This document shows positions 40,132 to 51,990 of a DNA stretch of 64,000 bases, one piece after another. Both the position numbers and the translations under genes were made by a program. Every line of letters starts with the position of its first letter. Positions within the stretch are counted from its first letter, which is position 1. A model generated the notes under the pieces. That model searched no databases and was not told the DNA's origin. It was given only the letters and a program-made list of their open reading frames with translations. The DNA is from Octopus sinensis (taxonomy: Eukaryota): the NCBI RefSeq assembly GCF_006345805.1, contig NC_043005.1, positions 34,968,001 through 35,032,000 of the forward strand. The letters are read 5' to 3'.

Positions 40132-43100
40132 CTTTCTTCTTCTTTATGGATAAGCAGTTGCCCATACTGCCTTTGTTGTCACGGGTGTTACTGTCAGAAT
40201 AGGGAGATCTACAGATACATGACATTCAATACTCTGACAGTTCTGCCAATCCACTGCTCTGAATTGGGTCTTTTTTCTCTTTTTCCTCCTATTGCTGCGC
40301 ATGGTCTAGTGGTTAGGGTGTTGCACTCACGATTGGAAAAGTGTGGTTCCATTTCCCAAACTGGTTGATGTGTTATGTTCTTGAGCAAAACATTTCATGT
40401 TCACTCAGCTGTAAATGAGTAAATCCTGCAATGAACTGGTATCCTTGTTCAGAGGTGGAATGTCACTTATACACCATGGAAACTGGGTAACCAGCTCAAT
40501 GAGTATTAGGGCTTGAAATAGTAATTACCCTTTTTTTTTTTTTTATTATTACCTCTTGCTTTCCCCTTGGTGGAATTCTATCGACGGCCTAGTCACTTAT
40601 GTTTCCCCTGTGATAATCCATTGACAATAATTACACATACTACAAAAAATTTCACTATTTGGATTTGGCATATTTTTAAAAGAGCCATTCATAATCGTTC
40701 ATATTCCTCTAGGTAAAGAAAATTATTTTTAGTTAGTTTTACAGAGATTTAGATAACCAACTTAGAGTGGTTGCAATATATATTACAGAGACAAGCACTT
40801 ATTGATAAAACGGGTATGGATTGTCTAAAGAAAATTACATTCAGTTGTAGGGAGACTACTTTTCCCCCACAATAGGAATCGAGAGAGCATTCAGTTAAGC
40901 AGCAGGGAAATGAATACTCGACCACAGTAAGGGTTCAGAGAGCACTCAGCTAAGCAGCAAGGAGACCATTATTTATTATTCTAAAATGAAGGCTTAAAAT
41001 TATAAGATTGATATGTTTCTACATTCTGCAATGGCCATCAATATGGTTGAAGGATAAAAACCGAGAAGCAAATTTCTTTTTCAGGGTTGTCTCTGAGAAT
41101 AAGTTTTAAAAAATGGAAACAATGATTTCACAAATTGTACATAAATTCACTCAACATTGTTTTGATTTTATCCAACGAAGTCAGAGGTTAAGGATAGCAT
41201 ACTTTTTCCGTACCTGTTAGTATTGATGTTTACAGGAGGGAATTCTAGAACGTTGTGACTTGTGGGGGAAGGATTAACCCTTTAGCATCTAAACCAGCTA
41301 TATCTGGCCAAAATATTCCTTCTGGCCTCATACTTACCCTATAATGTCATTCTAAATATATACGATCACAAAGGATTAAGGAAGTTGGGTAGATAAATAA
41401 ATTGTAGATGAAAGAAAGCTCTGTAGGTTGAGGTATAAGAACAAAAGGCAGTAAATCTAATGGCCTGTGGTTAATATGCGTCAGTCACTGAGAAGTAAAT
41501 TGATTGTGATATCTTACATTTGAGATATACGAGCTGTGTATTGTTCATCAGCAGGAAATGTGAAATAAAATTGTTCTGGTGTTGTTGGAAGAGACCTTAT
41601 TTAGTCCCTGGTCTTCCTGATCAGGCATATAATCAAAGTATTCTAGTTGTAATCATTCTGTATTTTTATTGGTTGCATTATCTAATGTATCCTTAAGTTA
41701 AACCAGGATGTGGTTTAAGGGAAGTTTGACTGTTATTTCAAGCAAGTTGAGTGACTAGAAACTTGTCATTGAAAAATATGTATTTGAAAACTTAATAGAA
41801 CTAGTGCCGAAATGGCTTAAGTGTGTGAGAAGGCCATTAACTCATGGAAAGAGGGTTATAGATATAAGGAACACCAGCATGAATAAAACATCTATAATGA
41901 TTGAGTAATTTGATAAAGAAGTTCTGACCGAAAAGATTTAGGATTCACAGATCCTCAACATAGACAACTTAGCTGTGCTAGATCAACAGAGACTTTGCAA
42001 ATGGTAAGGAGATAAGTGTTAGTTTTCCGGAAGTTGTCGGATAAAGAGACTGCTTGGTGTCAAATGTGAGAAAATATATTTCCATTAGATCTTGCTCCAT
42101 AGAAACCATGCAGGAAATCACTGGAGGAATATAAAGGAAACTGAAAACAAAAGGTTTTTTACTGTCTTCAATGTCGTCGAGGTATTTGAAATGGGGTTGA
42201 AAAAGGAAATTTGGAATTGGAAGAAAATGTAGTGGTATTATCTGCAAGTGAGCTATCTTGACTGAAGAGAAGCAAGCCAGAGGATTCCACAAAGAACCCA
42301 AAGACCTGACTGTGATGTTATCCATAATTTAAAAAATGGTTCATCATGGTTACTATTTTGTTTTTCATCATCATCATTATTTTAATGTCCCCCTTTTTGA
42401 AGCTTGAGTAGATGGAGGTTACTAAGGCAGACTTTCTATGACTGGATACCCTTCCTGTTGCCAACCCTCACCTATTTCCAAGCAAGGTAATATTTCCTTA
42501 TAGCCACAGATTATTAGTAATGAATAATACTACTTGTATGACACTCATTTACAGCTATCATACAATGTCAACACTAGGAGACAAATATACACACACACGT
42601 ACATGTATATATTACATATATATGCACATATATGTATATATTTTATATATATACACACATGCATCAGGCCTCTCTCATTTCTGGTTACCAAATCCATTCA
42701 CACGGCTTTGGTCGACCAAGAACTATAGTGGAAGACACTTAGCCCAAGGTGCCATACAAATATTTAAATTTAATATGTGATCTGTCATTAGCTTGAGAGT
42801 TTTGTGAGCTGTATGATGATGTCACAAGTGCTGGCAACAATACATACTGCAAACTGGTTGGTGTTAGGAAGGGCAGCCAGCCACAGAAACCATGTCAAAG
42901 CAGACGATTGGAGCATCTGGTAGTCCTTGGACCCATTGGAGTCTATCAAAATCTTCCCAACTCATGCCAGCATAGAACATTGATGTTAAATGATGATGTT
43001 GATACTATACAGATACAGCCAGCCATTGCTTGCAAATGAGTATGACCTGTAACTTATATCCTACTTTCATTAGTTGCTTTAGATGACTTTGTAATCACAT

Positions 43101-43489
43101 AGAGGCAAAGATATTCACATAGTTTCCTCACTGTTAATCTAGAAGAATATCCAGGATGTGGTAGTTAGAGGGAGAAAGGGTTGCACCTGTACACAGCTGC
43201 TACTCATAGCTGAATGGGCTGGAGAAACATATAATGAAGTATCTTGCTCAAGGACAATATACCACTTTGTTCAGGCATTGTAATCACAATCTAATCATCA
43301 GGAATGTACACCCAGACCACTAGGCCACATTCCTATAGTAACAGAATGAATAGAGAGTGATTTTTTTTTCCTAATCTTCCAGATTTTCCATTACATTTTA
43401 TCAGTTTATGTACAATGACAACTACAATCTTATTTTCAAAATTAAGCATTAATAGGCACAGGAACGGCTGTGTGGCTAACAAGCTTGAC

Positions 43490-43521
<32 letters not shown>

Positions 43522-43587
43522 TGATAAAAATGGTAAGACAACAAAAGAAAGAAAGAGACCTCGATATTATGTAAATAGAGGAATTTA

Positions 43588-43792
43588 TCTGTAAATGTAA
43601 TATGTGACAATTATTCGGTAGCCATGATAAAATTCACGTTTCGGAAAAATGCTATGTAAAATGAAATTTTTCATAGCATTTTTCCAATGGCCGAATAACT
43701 GAAGAGATGGCGGCGTGGATTTTCACCTCGGCATCCGAAACTCGGAGTTTTATCATGGCTACCGAATAATTGTCACATATTACATTTACAGA
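43588..43792. mobile_element. Small foldback element with 45-bp perfect terminal inverted repeats, next to (TA)n; may extend left to ~43521
   Basis: TCTGTAAATGTAATATGTGACAATTATTCGGTAGCCATGATAAAA at 43588-43632 and its exact reverse complement ending at 43792. TA on both sides. Internal 14-bp perfect stem 43643-56 / 43672-85. Confidence 0.85.
43688..43761 (+). ncRNA. Candidate type I hammerhead ribozyme
   Basis: CTGAAGA 43699-705; stem II GATGGCGG/TCGGCATC; GAAA 43737-40; stem III ACT/AGT around CGG; cleavage triplet GTT 43747-49; stem I ATAA/TTAT plus TGGCC/GGCTA. Paired by eye only. Confidence 0.6.
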
Positions 43793-44184
43793 TATATATA
43801 TTATGTTACAGTATTGACTGCACATACCCAATGTATGTGTTTTGCTTCTTTGCCTGTATGCTGCGGTTTAGCATGGTGGTCATGATTCGCTCAAAGCACT
43901 GGATCTTAAAACACCTGGGAATTATAGACAGGCAAGACAACTTACCCCTATATATATAAAGAACCAGCTGGGCAAAGTTTTGTTGGTAACAAAAGGCCTC
44001 TCCCCCAGTGAAAAGCAGATGGCAGTGAAACATGGATTGTAACTGCTGAGGATATGTAAAAGCTTGAAATAAATGAAGCCAACATGCTCTGTTGGATGTG
44101 TAATATCATTGTACATATGTGACAGAATGTAAATGATTTAAGAGGAAAATTTGTATTAGAAGCATCAGATCTAGTGTGCAAGAT

Positions 44185-44350
44185 AAAAAACTATGTTGGT
44201 CTGGTCATGTGGATGAGGATAGCTGAATAAAGAAGTGCAGATCACTCATTGTGTAGGGAACCTGCGGAGAAGGCAAACCCAGGAAGACATGGGACAAAGT
44301 GGTGAGAAATGATCTGATATTGAGCTTCACAGAGTTGACAAGGGACATAC
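44185..44350 (+). mobile_element. RTE LINE ORF2 C-terminal fragment
   Basis: Translates to WSGH...GKPRKTWDKVVRNDL, matching the 3' end of the RTE copy at 47700-47900. Confidence 0.65.
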
Positions 44351-46239
44351 ATACAGGCTTGTTCTTTAGGGCAATGCACCCCACCTCCCACATATGCATG
44401 CATAATCTGTCCTCTGTCAAAACTCACCCACAATCCATCTTCCCAATATTCCATTTCCTGCCACCCATGATCCCCACCTAGTGCAGGCCATCTCCACACC
44501 CTCATATATCTACTGTACCCCACCCACCCAGTCACTCCAGTTTCTCTAACCATCGCTTGGTCATCACCTCTTCACCACCGTTAATATTTCCCCTTCACTC
44601 TTTTAAAACATCCCCCTTCTGTACCAGTTATATTTCCCTCACTGTACCCTGTGGATAGGTACCCCTCAGAGCATCCCCAACACTATCTGTTTCTCTAACT
44701 CTATCTCTCTTTTCTTTTCCTACTGGCGTTAAAGGGTAAAGACCCCCTTCAGTCATGAATGACTATGAAATTGCACCTAGAAAGTTACCCTATGGGGCAC
44801 AAATCCAGGCCTTGCAAGTTATATTGCAACACCAATGGTGTTAGTATCACATAAAAAGTACTCAATAGACTCTGTAAAGTGATTAGCATTAGAAAGGGTG
44901 TCAAGTCATTGGAACCGTGCTAAAGCAGGCAATGGAACCTGGTACAGCTCTGGTTTGACAGGAACTGGCAAACCATTCAACCCATACCAGCATGGAAGAT
45001 GGACATTAATTGATGATATGTGTATTTGTGTCTGTTTGTTTGTACTCACCATTACCACTTAACAATCAGTGTCTGTTTCTTTACCTCTCTATAACTTAGC
45101 TGTTTGGCAGAAGAAACCAATAGATTAAGTATCAGACTTTAAAAAACACACACACACACATAAGTACTGAGGTTGATTTGTTCAACTAAATCCTTCAAGA
45201 TGGTATCCCAGCATGGCCACAGTCCAATGACTGAAACATGTAAAAGAAAAAAATACAAATGATGTAGTTTGTTATGCTTTTCATTAAATATCAAATAGTT
45301 ATAACACTAAGACAACAGGTATTGAGTCTTGCATGGTGTATAGGATGTCAGTAGCGATTTGACTTTAGTAAAAAGAATGATTGGTGTCTTTAACTTAGTT
45401 TTAAAACAAAGCAATGATAAAAAACACTATTTCTATTGTTTAGCTTTTACTGTATTATGTTGAGTGTATTTCCAGGATGTCATGCTTTCAAACTCAAGTG
45501 GGTTCCTATTTCCTGCATGATGCTTCTTAGAAAATATATCACACCCAGAACAAACATGCATTGCATTGTCAGCTAAATTCATTCGTTTTCTTCACTTGGC
45601 ACTCCATCATCATCATCATCATCATGTCAAAGAAGATTTATTGAAACATTAAAAGCAATATACAATAGGATATTTTCTGTTTGGCTGCACCTATGGAAAC
45701 TTCAAACTTAAGTGAAAATTTTAAAATTTCGTGTATTGATGAATCAGTGATAAAAACATGTGATTTAGTAAAACCTGCTTCAGCTGACAAAATCACAAAG
45801 TTATGTTTTGTAATTAAATAATGTTAATCTATGCAAAAATGTTGACTCACTTCCACTGACTGACTACATAGACTGTATTTGTGGCCAGTTTCTTTCTTGT
45901 CCATTACACAATGTTGACTTAGAGTCATTCATTCATTCATAGAAATTATTCACTTCCGATGAATAAATTTTCAATCTTTTTCTTTATTTTGCAGTGAAAC
46001 TCTAGCTTCAGGGAATAACAAAGTTCTAGGTGGATATGTTACGACTGGGCGTGTGTATGTGTATTTTTGTAACAAGTGTGGATGTATTAATTGTACATAC
46101 ATACATACACACAAACACACACACGCACGTACACACCATGCATACATACATACAAACATACATACAGACAGACACACACACACACACACACACATACATA
46201 CATACATTCATACATACATACAATGTACTTCTCTTTCGG

Positions 46240-48319
46240 TATGAAAGACTGCTGAACCTGGAGAATTAATGGGAGGAGGAAAGCCTGCCAAATGTTGACC
46301 CAATTGAGGGACCAGCTATCCAAATAGACAGCACCTTGGTAGACAAAGCAATTAAGGGTATGAAGCCAGGAAAAACCCCCAGCCCATCAGGAATCACTGC
46401 TGAGATACTTAGAACATTTGGTGGTGTGGGTTATGACCTAGTCACCCATATTGTAAACCAAGTAGTTCATGATGGAGTCATACCCATGACTCGTGTAGCA
46501 GCACCATAGTCAACTGCTACAAGGGTAAAGGTGATGCTTTAGATAGAAATAACTACAGGGGTGTCAAACTGCTGGATCAGGTGATGAAAGTTACGGAGAG
46601 GATCATAGCCCAACTAATTAGGGAGAGAGTCTGCTTAGGTGAGATGCAGTTCGGTTTTGTGCCAGGTAGAAGCACCACTGATGCTATATTCCTGGTATGG
46701 AAACTGCAGGAGAAATACCTAGCTAAAGATAAACCCCTATACTTGGCATTTGTAGACATGGAGAAATCCTTATCCCTTATCTGGTGAGCGATGCAGAAAC
46801 TGGGGATTGACGAATGGTTACAGGCCCTATTCAGAGATGATATTAGTAAGGTTAGGGTTGGCAATGAAGAATTTCAGGTAGAAGTAGGGGTCCACCAAGG
46901 ATCAGCTCTCAGTCCCCTTTTATTCATCATAGTCCTCCAAGCAATAACAGAGGAATTGAAGACAGGTTGCCCCTGGGAGCTCCTCTATGCTGATGACATG
47001 GCTCTCATAGCAGAATCATTACCAGAACTAGAGAAGAAATTTCAGATGTGGAAGCAAGGTTTAGAATCAAAGGGCCTTAGAGTCAATGTTGCAAAGACCA
47101 AAATTCTAGTAAGTAGGAAGGCAAACACATCGCACACACCTTCACACCCTGCTCAATCTGTAGAAAAGGTAGGTAGAACCTCCATAAGATGAACCCAGTG
47201 TAAGTTATGGACACATAAGAGGTGCAGCAACATCAAAGGAAGATTAACCGGAAGATAGCATATTCATGTGCGGCAGATGCACAAGGGCAATAAACACCAC
47301 AAGATGCTCAGAAAACAGATTTCATCATATGCCAGGGGAGAAACTAAAAGTAGTTGATAGCTTTCACTACCTAGGTGACCAAGTCTGTAGTGTGGGTGGA
47401 TGCTCAGAAAGTGTTACCACTAGAATAAGAATAGCCTGGGCAAAGTTCAGAAAGCTTCTACCCCTACTAGTGACAAAGGACCTCTCGCTCAGAGTGAAAG
47501 GTAGATTGTACTATGCATGTGTGTGAAGTGCCATGCTTCACGGCTGTGAAACATAGGCCGTGACTGCTGAAGACATGTGTAGGCTCAAAAGAAATGAAGC
47601 TAGCATGATCCACTGGATGTGTAATGTCAGTGTGAACACATGGCAGAGTGTAAGCGCCCTGAGAGAAATGTTGGACATAAGAAGCATCAGATGTGGTGTG
47701 CAAGAGAGACGTTTGTGTTGGTATGGTCATGTACTATGGATGGATGAGGAGAGCTGTGCCACTTCCAAACAGTTGAAGGAATCTGGGGTAGAGGGAGACC
47801 CAGGAAGACATGGGATGAGGTAATGAAGCATGGCCTTCAAATGCTGGGCCTCACAGAGACAATGATGAAAGACCAAAACCTCTGGAGATATGCTGTGACT
47901 GAGAAGACCCAGCAAATAAAGTGAGTTCACAGCTGTAACCTATACCAGTGTCATATAACCAGCACACACAAAAGTACCTTGGATCGTAGGGCGACGTGCT
48001 ATGCTTGAGGAGACCTATTGAGTCAACTACATCAAAATCAAAATCAAATGGAAATTGTAGTTGTGATCCCCATGTCAGTAGCATGTAAAAAGCACCAACC
48101 AATCGTGGTTGTTGCCAGCCTCCTCTGGCCCCTGTGCCGATGGCACGTAAAAAGCACCCACTACACCCTCTGAGTAGTTGGTATTACAAAGGGCATCGAG
48201 CTGTAGAAACACTGCCAGATCAAACTGGAGCCTGGTGCAGCCTCTTGGCTTCCCAGACCCTGCTCGAACCATCCAACTCATGCTAGCATGGAAAACAGAC
48301 CTTAAACAATGATGATGAT
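46240..48319 (+). mobile_element. 5'-truncated RTE-clade LINE (reverse transcriptase pseudogene plus 3' UTR and (GAT)n tail)
   Basis: Collinear motifs across frameshifts: KGKGDALDRNNYRGVKLL, MQFGFVPGRSTTDAIF, LYLAFVDMEK, GVHQGSALSPLLF, ELLYADD (YADD at 46986-97), FHYLGDQV, RRLCWYGHV, RPRKTWDEV. ORF2 remnant ends TGA 47922-24; tail GATGATGAT 48311-19. Confidence 0.95.
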
Positions 48320-48818
48320 ATATTTTGTTTTTTTATTTGGTTTGCAAGACACTTTATATAAATTCGTGTGTTGAAGCATATTTTGTTGTGTCTGGGGAAG
48401 AGTCATTCTGTTTTAATTAACACACTGGTACAATTTCCACTCATCTATATTTTTTTTCCTAAAATTTTCGTTGCTTCTCGCAACCTCTTCAATAAGTTGT
48501 TGACTCTGTTATTGGAGAAGTGTGTGGTGCAATTAAGTAACAGTTGTCTGTATGTGGGTGTCTGTGTCTGTGTCTGTGTGTGTACTTGTGTGTGCACGTG
48601 TATGCCAAAAGTATGTGAGTGGTGTTAAGTTCAGTTGGAGGGAAAAAATCTAGTGGCTTGAAACTCAATCTGACTTTATGATATATGTACTCTTGACTAA
48701 TTTTCTGGATATTATTTGATGAAGGGTTTGTTTAGTACCTAAATTACAATTAAGTTGAATATGGGGTCATTACAATTTGGAAGGGGGCTTTCAAAATTCT
48801 TTATGTAACTTCATTTAA

Positions 48819-49237
48819 CCTCTTTCTCATTCTTTCTCTCTCATCTCTCTCTGTCTGTCTTTTCTTTCTCCCTCTCTCTCTCTCTCTTTCCCCTTTCTTT
48901 TCTCTCCCTCATTTCCTCTCTGACTTTCTCCTCCTACCTCACCCCTATTTCTCCTTTTTCTCTCTTTCTCCCTCTCTCTCGCCTCTTTTTCTCTTTCTTT
49001 TCCCATTTGTCTTTCTTCCTCTCTTCCTCATCATCCGCTGTCTTTTTCTTCTTTCTCTCCTCTTCTTCATCTTTCTCCCTCTCCCTTTTTCTCATCCTTT
49101 CTCTCTTTCATTCCCCTCTGTCTTTCTTCTTACCTTCCTCATCATACTCTGCCTTTCTCTTCTTTCTTTCCTCTTCTCGATATTTCTCCCACCCTCTTTT
49201 TCTCCCCTTCTCCTTATCTCTCTGCGCTCTCTGTCTC
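48819..49237 (+). repeat. ~420-bp polypyrimidine/polypurine (CT) tract
   Basis: Nearly all C/T on +; includes (CT)n runs; source of ORF 49007. Confidence 0.9.
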
Positions 49238-50611
49238 AATCTGACCTAAAAAAAGGAAATTCCCCATCCAGTCACTAATGTCGACCACTTTACCACTTCT
49301 ACACTGCAGCCACCACCTACAAGAGTACCTCCTCCATACAAACTCTACATGGAGTCCTTTAAGTGATCATCCAACATGCTTGAAATAACAGCCAAACTAC
49401 ACTCTACTATTAAAAATAAAATACAAGACACTAAAAATTTTTGAAAATGGGATGGTCATGGCTGGAACCTATGTATACTAGAACTGCTATCACCAGCATA
49501 ACCACCACTACAACTAATTTCTGTAGCACTTTTATTGACTTTAAACATTAAACAAAATGGCAAGGAGCTCAACAATTATAAATTTGACCATCTTTAGTTT
49601 AATAATGATTTCTTTGGTAGCTCTTCCAGACATTGAGGGAAGCCAATATTATTTTGCTTTTTTATGTAGATTTGTAAAACAGTTTTTATTTTAACCTGTT
49701 TTTAAGTGCCTCCCTTTCTAGTTTTAGTTTAGCCCATGTATAAGTTGCTCCCAGTGAAGGTGCATGGCTAAGTGGTTAGGGGTTTTCAGTTCATAGTCGA
49801 AAGGGCATGAGTTCATTTTTTTTATATGTAGATTTGGAAAACAGTTTTTATTTTATTTTATTTTATTTTTAAATGACATATAGCATTAAGAAACCCTACG
49901 GAGAGATGAACAGCTGTAGGTCTTCAGAGAAGAAGTACCCCCACCTTATCCATGGAAGTGTCTCAGCTCTTAACTCTTTGTATAAAAGGGACCCACTGCA
50001 TCCAATTTTTGACTCCTGGATGCTCTGCTCTTGTCCCATTCTGTACACTAGCATAGCTAGAGATGGACAGAGGGCGTGGTCTGGCACTTTTATGGGGATG
50101 GCACCACTTTTGGGTTTGCTGTAGGCAATATGTATTTTTTGTGGGGGCCTGGAGGGACGGTGGCAAACTGAAGGATAGCATATAATCTAGCTAAACTAGT
50201 GATTCTGCACCACCCACTCTCTTCATTGCAACTGTCCTGGATAGTTAAGGTATCCCAGGGCCAAAGTACCTTGGTTGTTGTAACAAGTTCAGTCTGAAAA
50301 GCTTGTTAACTGTGGAGTAGAATATGTTTTTTGAAATTTCCTTACATTCCTCCTTCACCAGATCCAGCTGGAAGTTTCCTCAGCTGCTTCAGTCATTGCC
50401 TTAAAACCTCTGCATTTCTTTTCTTCCAGAAAGTCAATGACTCCTAGTATGTGTCTGTGTTGCTTTATTTGGTAAATTCTGGATTAAATAAACTCAACAG
50501 GATATCAAAGAACAATGAAGAGATTCAATGGACGAAAACATTCCAGATAGTGTCCTCTTCCTGTTACTGCTGCCGCCTCTGTCTTTTCTATTGTGTACTT
50601 TTCCTCTATGT

Positions 50612-51022
50612 ATTGTCATTGTCATCGTCATCATTATCATCATCATCGTTGTTGTTGTTGACATCATGATCATCTTCCTCCTCATCATTATCGTTACTGT
50701 TGTTGTTGTCATCATCATTATCACCATCATCTTCAACATTGTCATCATCATTCTCATCATTGTCTTCTTCATAATTATCATTATTGTCATTGTTGCCATT
50801 GTCATCGTCATCGTCGTCGTCGTCATCATCATCATCATCATCATCATTGTCATCATCATCATTGTCATTATTATCATTATCATCATCATCATCATCATCA
50901 TCATCATTATAATCATTGTCATCATGGTCATCTTCCTCCTCATCATTATCATTATTGTTGTTGTCATTGTCAGCATCATCATCATCATCATCATCATCGT
51001 CATAAACATTATTATCATCATC
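50612..51022. repeat. Long degenerate (ATC/ATT/GTC)n trinucleotide microsatellite
   Basis: Visible triplet periodicity; source of the poly-I, poly-M and poly-D ORFs 50494, 50528 and 50606. Confidence 0.95.
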
Positions 51023-51370
51023 CACTTTTCTATGCCAGCATGGGTCAAACATTTAGGCAAATTTTCTATGATTGGATGCTCTTCCTGTTGCCAACTCTCA
51101 CCAGTTTTCAAGTGTTTCCAAGTAAGGTAAAATTTTTCCATGACTAGACATGTTTGTATAGAAGATCAGAAATAAAGGGTACCTATTGTATGACAGTGAC
51201 ACTCAATTTGGCAAAGAAACATGCACATACGCACATACCTATGGGTTTTTTTCAGTTTCCATCAACCATTCTATTTGCAAGGCTTCAGTCAGTTAGGAGC
51301 TCAATGTGCCATGCAGTGGGACTGAACCTAAAACCATGTGGTTGAGAAGCAAACTTCTTACCACACAGCC
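51023..51370 (-). mobile_element. SINE (family A head, RTE-type tail) on the minus strand, abutting the (ATC)n tract
   Basis: Reverse complement of head at 51300-51370 (CAGTGGGACTGAACC...CTTACCACACAGCC). Tail CCACTTTTCTATGCCAGCATGGG at 51022-45 is the reverse complement of the RTE tail. Confidence 0.75.
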
Positions 51371-51787
51371 ACACCTACATTTTATAAAGAGAAAGAAATT
51401 CTCTTAGAGTAATCCCCATTATATTGGTTTCAAATTGTGGCACAAGGCCAGCAATTTCGGGTGAGTGGGGATAGTCGATTATATTGATCTCAGTATTCAA
51501 TAGGTATTTATTTTATCGACTCTGAAAGGATGAAAGACAAAGCTGACCTCAAGACAACTTGAACTTAGAATGTAAAAATAGATGAAATACTGCTAAGCAT
51601 TTTGTCTGGTGTGCTAATGATTGTGCCAACTTGCTGCTTTAGTAATCTTCATTATATTAGCACAAAGTGCTATTTGCATAATTCTGTGCTTTGGCAATGA
51701 TACCAACCCATATCTCCCAGATCTGGCATATGGCATTATTGCTTAAATGAGAGATAGCTGAGTGGTTTGTTATGATTGTACTAGTAT

Positions 51788-51990
51788 GGTCATATGATGC
51801 GTATGGTTGAGGAGGGCTGCATAAACAAGTGCTGATCCCTAAATGTCCAGGGAACCTATGGAAGAGGAAGACCGAGGAAGATGTGATGAGAAATGATTTT
51901 CAGATGTTGAGCCTCACAAAGGACTAAGATGATTGGAAATTTGTGCTTGAGAAGACACATCAGGCTAAGTAAAATCAAGGCAATAAAGTT
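51788..51990 (+). mobile_element. RTE LINE ORF2 C-terminal fragment
   Basis: GHMMRMVEEGCINKC*SLNVQGTYGRGRPRK, homologous to the 46240 element 3' end. Confidence 0.65.

Noticed and set aside
40882-40959. 23-bp imperfect direct repeat AGAGAGCA(T/C)TCAG(T/C)TAAGCAGCA, 55 bp apart
   Set aside because: Only two copies and no associated structure; likely a local duplication.
50494-51141. Long poly-Met, poly-Ile and poly-Asp ORFs
   Set aside because: Stop-free frames of the (ATC)n microsatellite.
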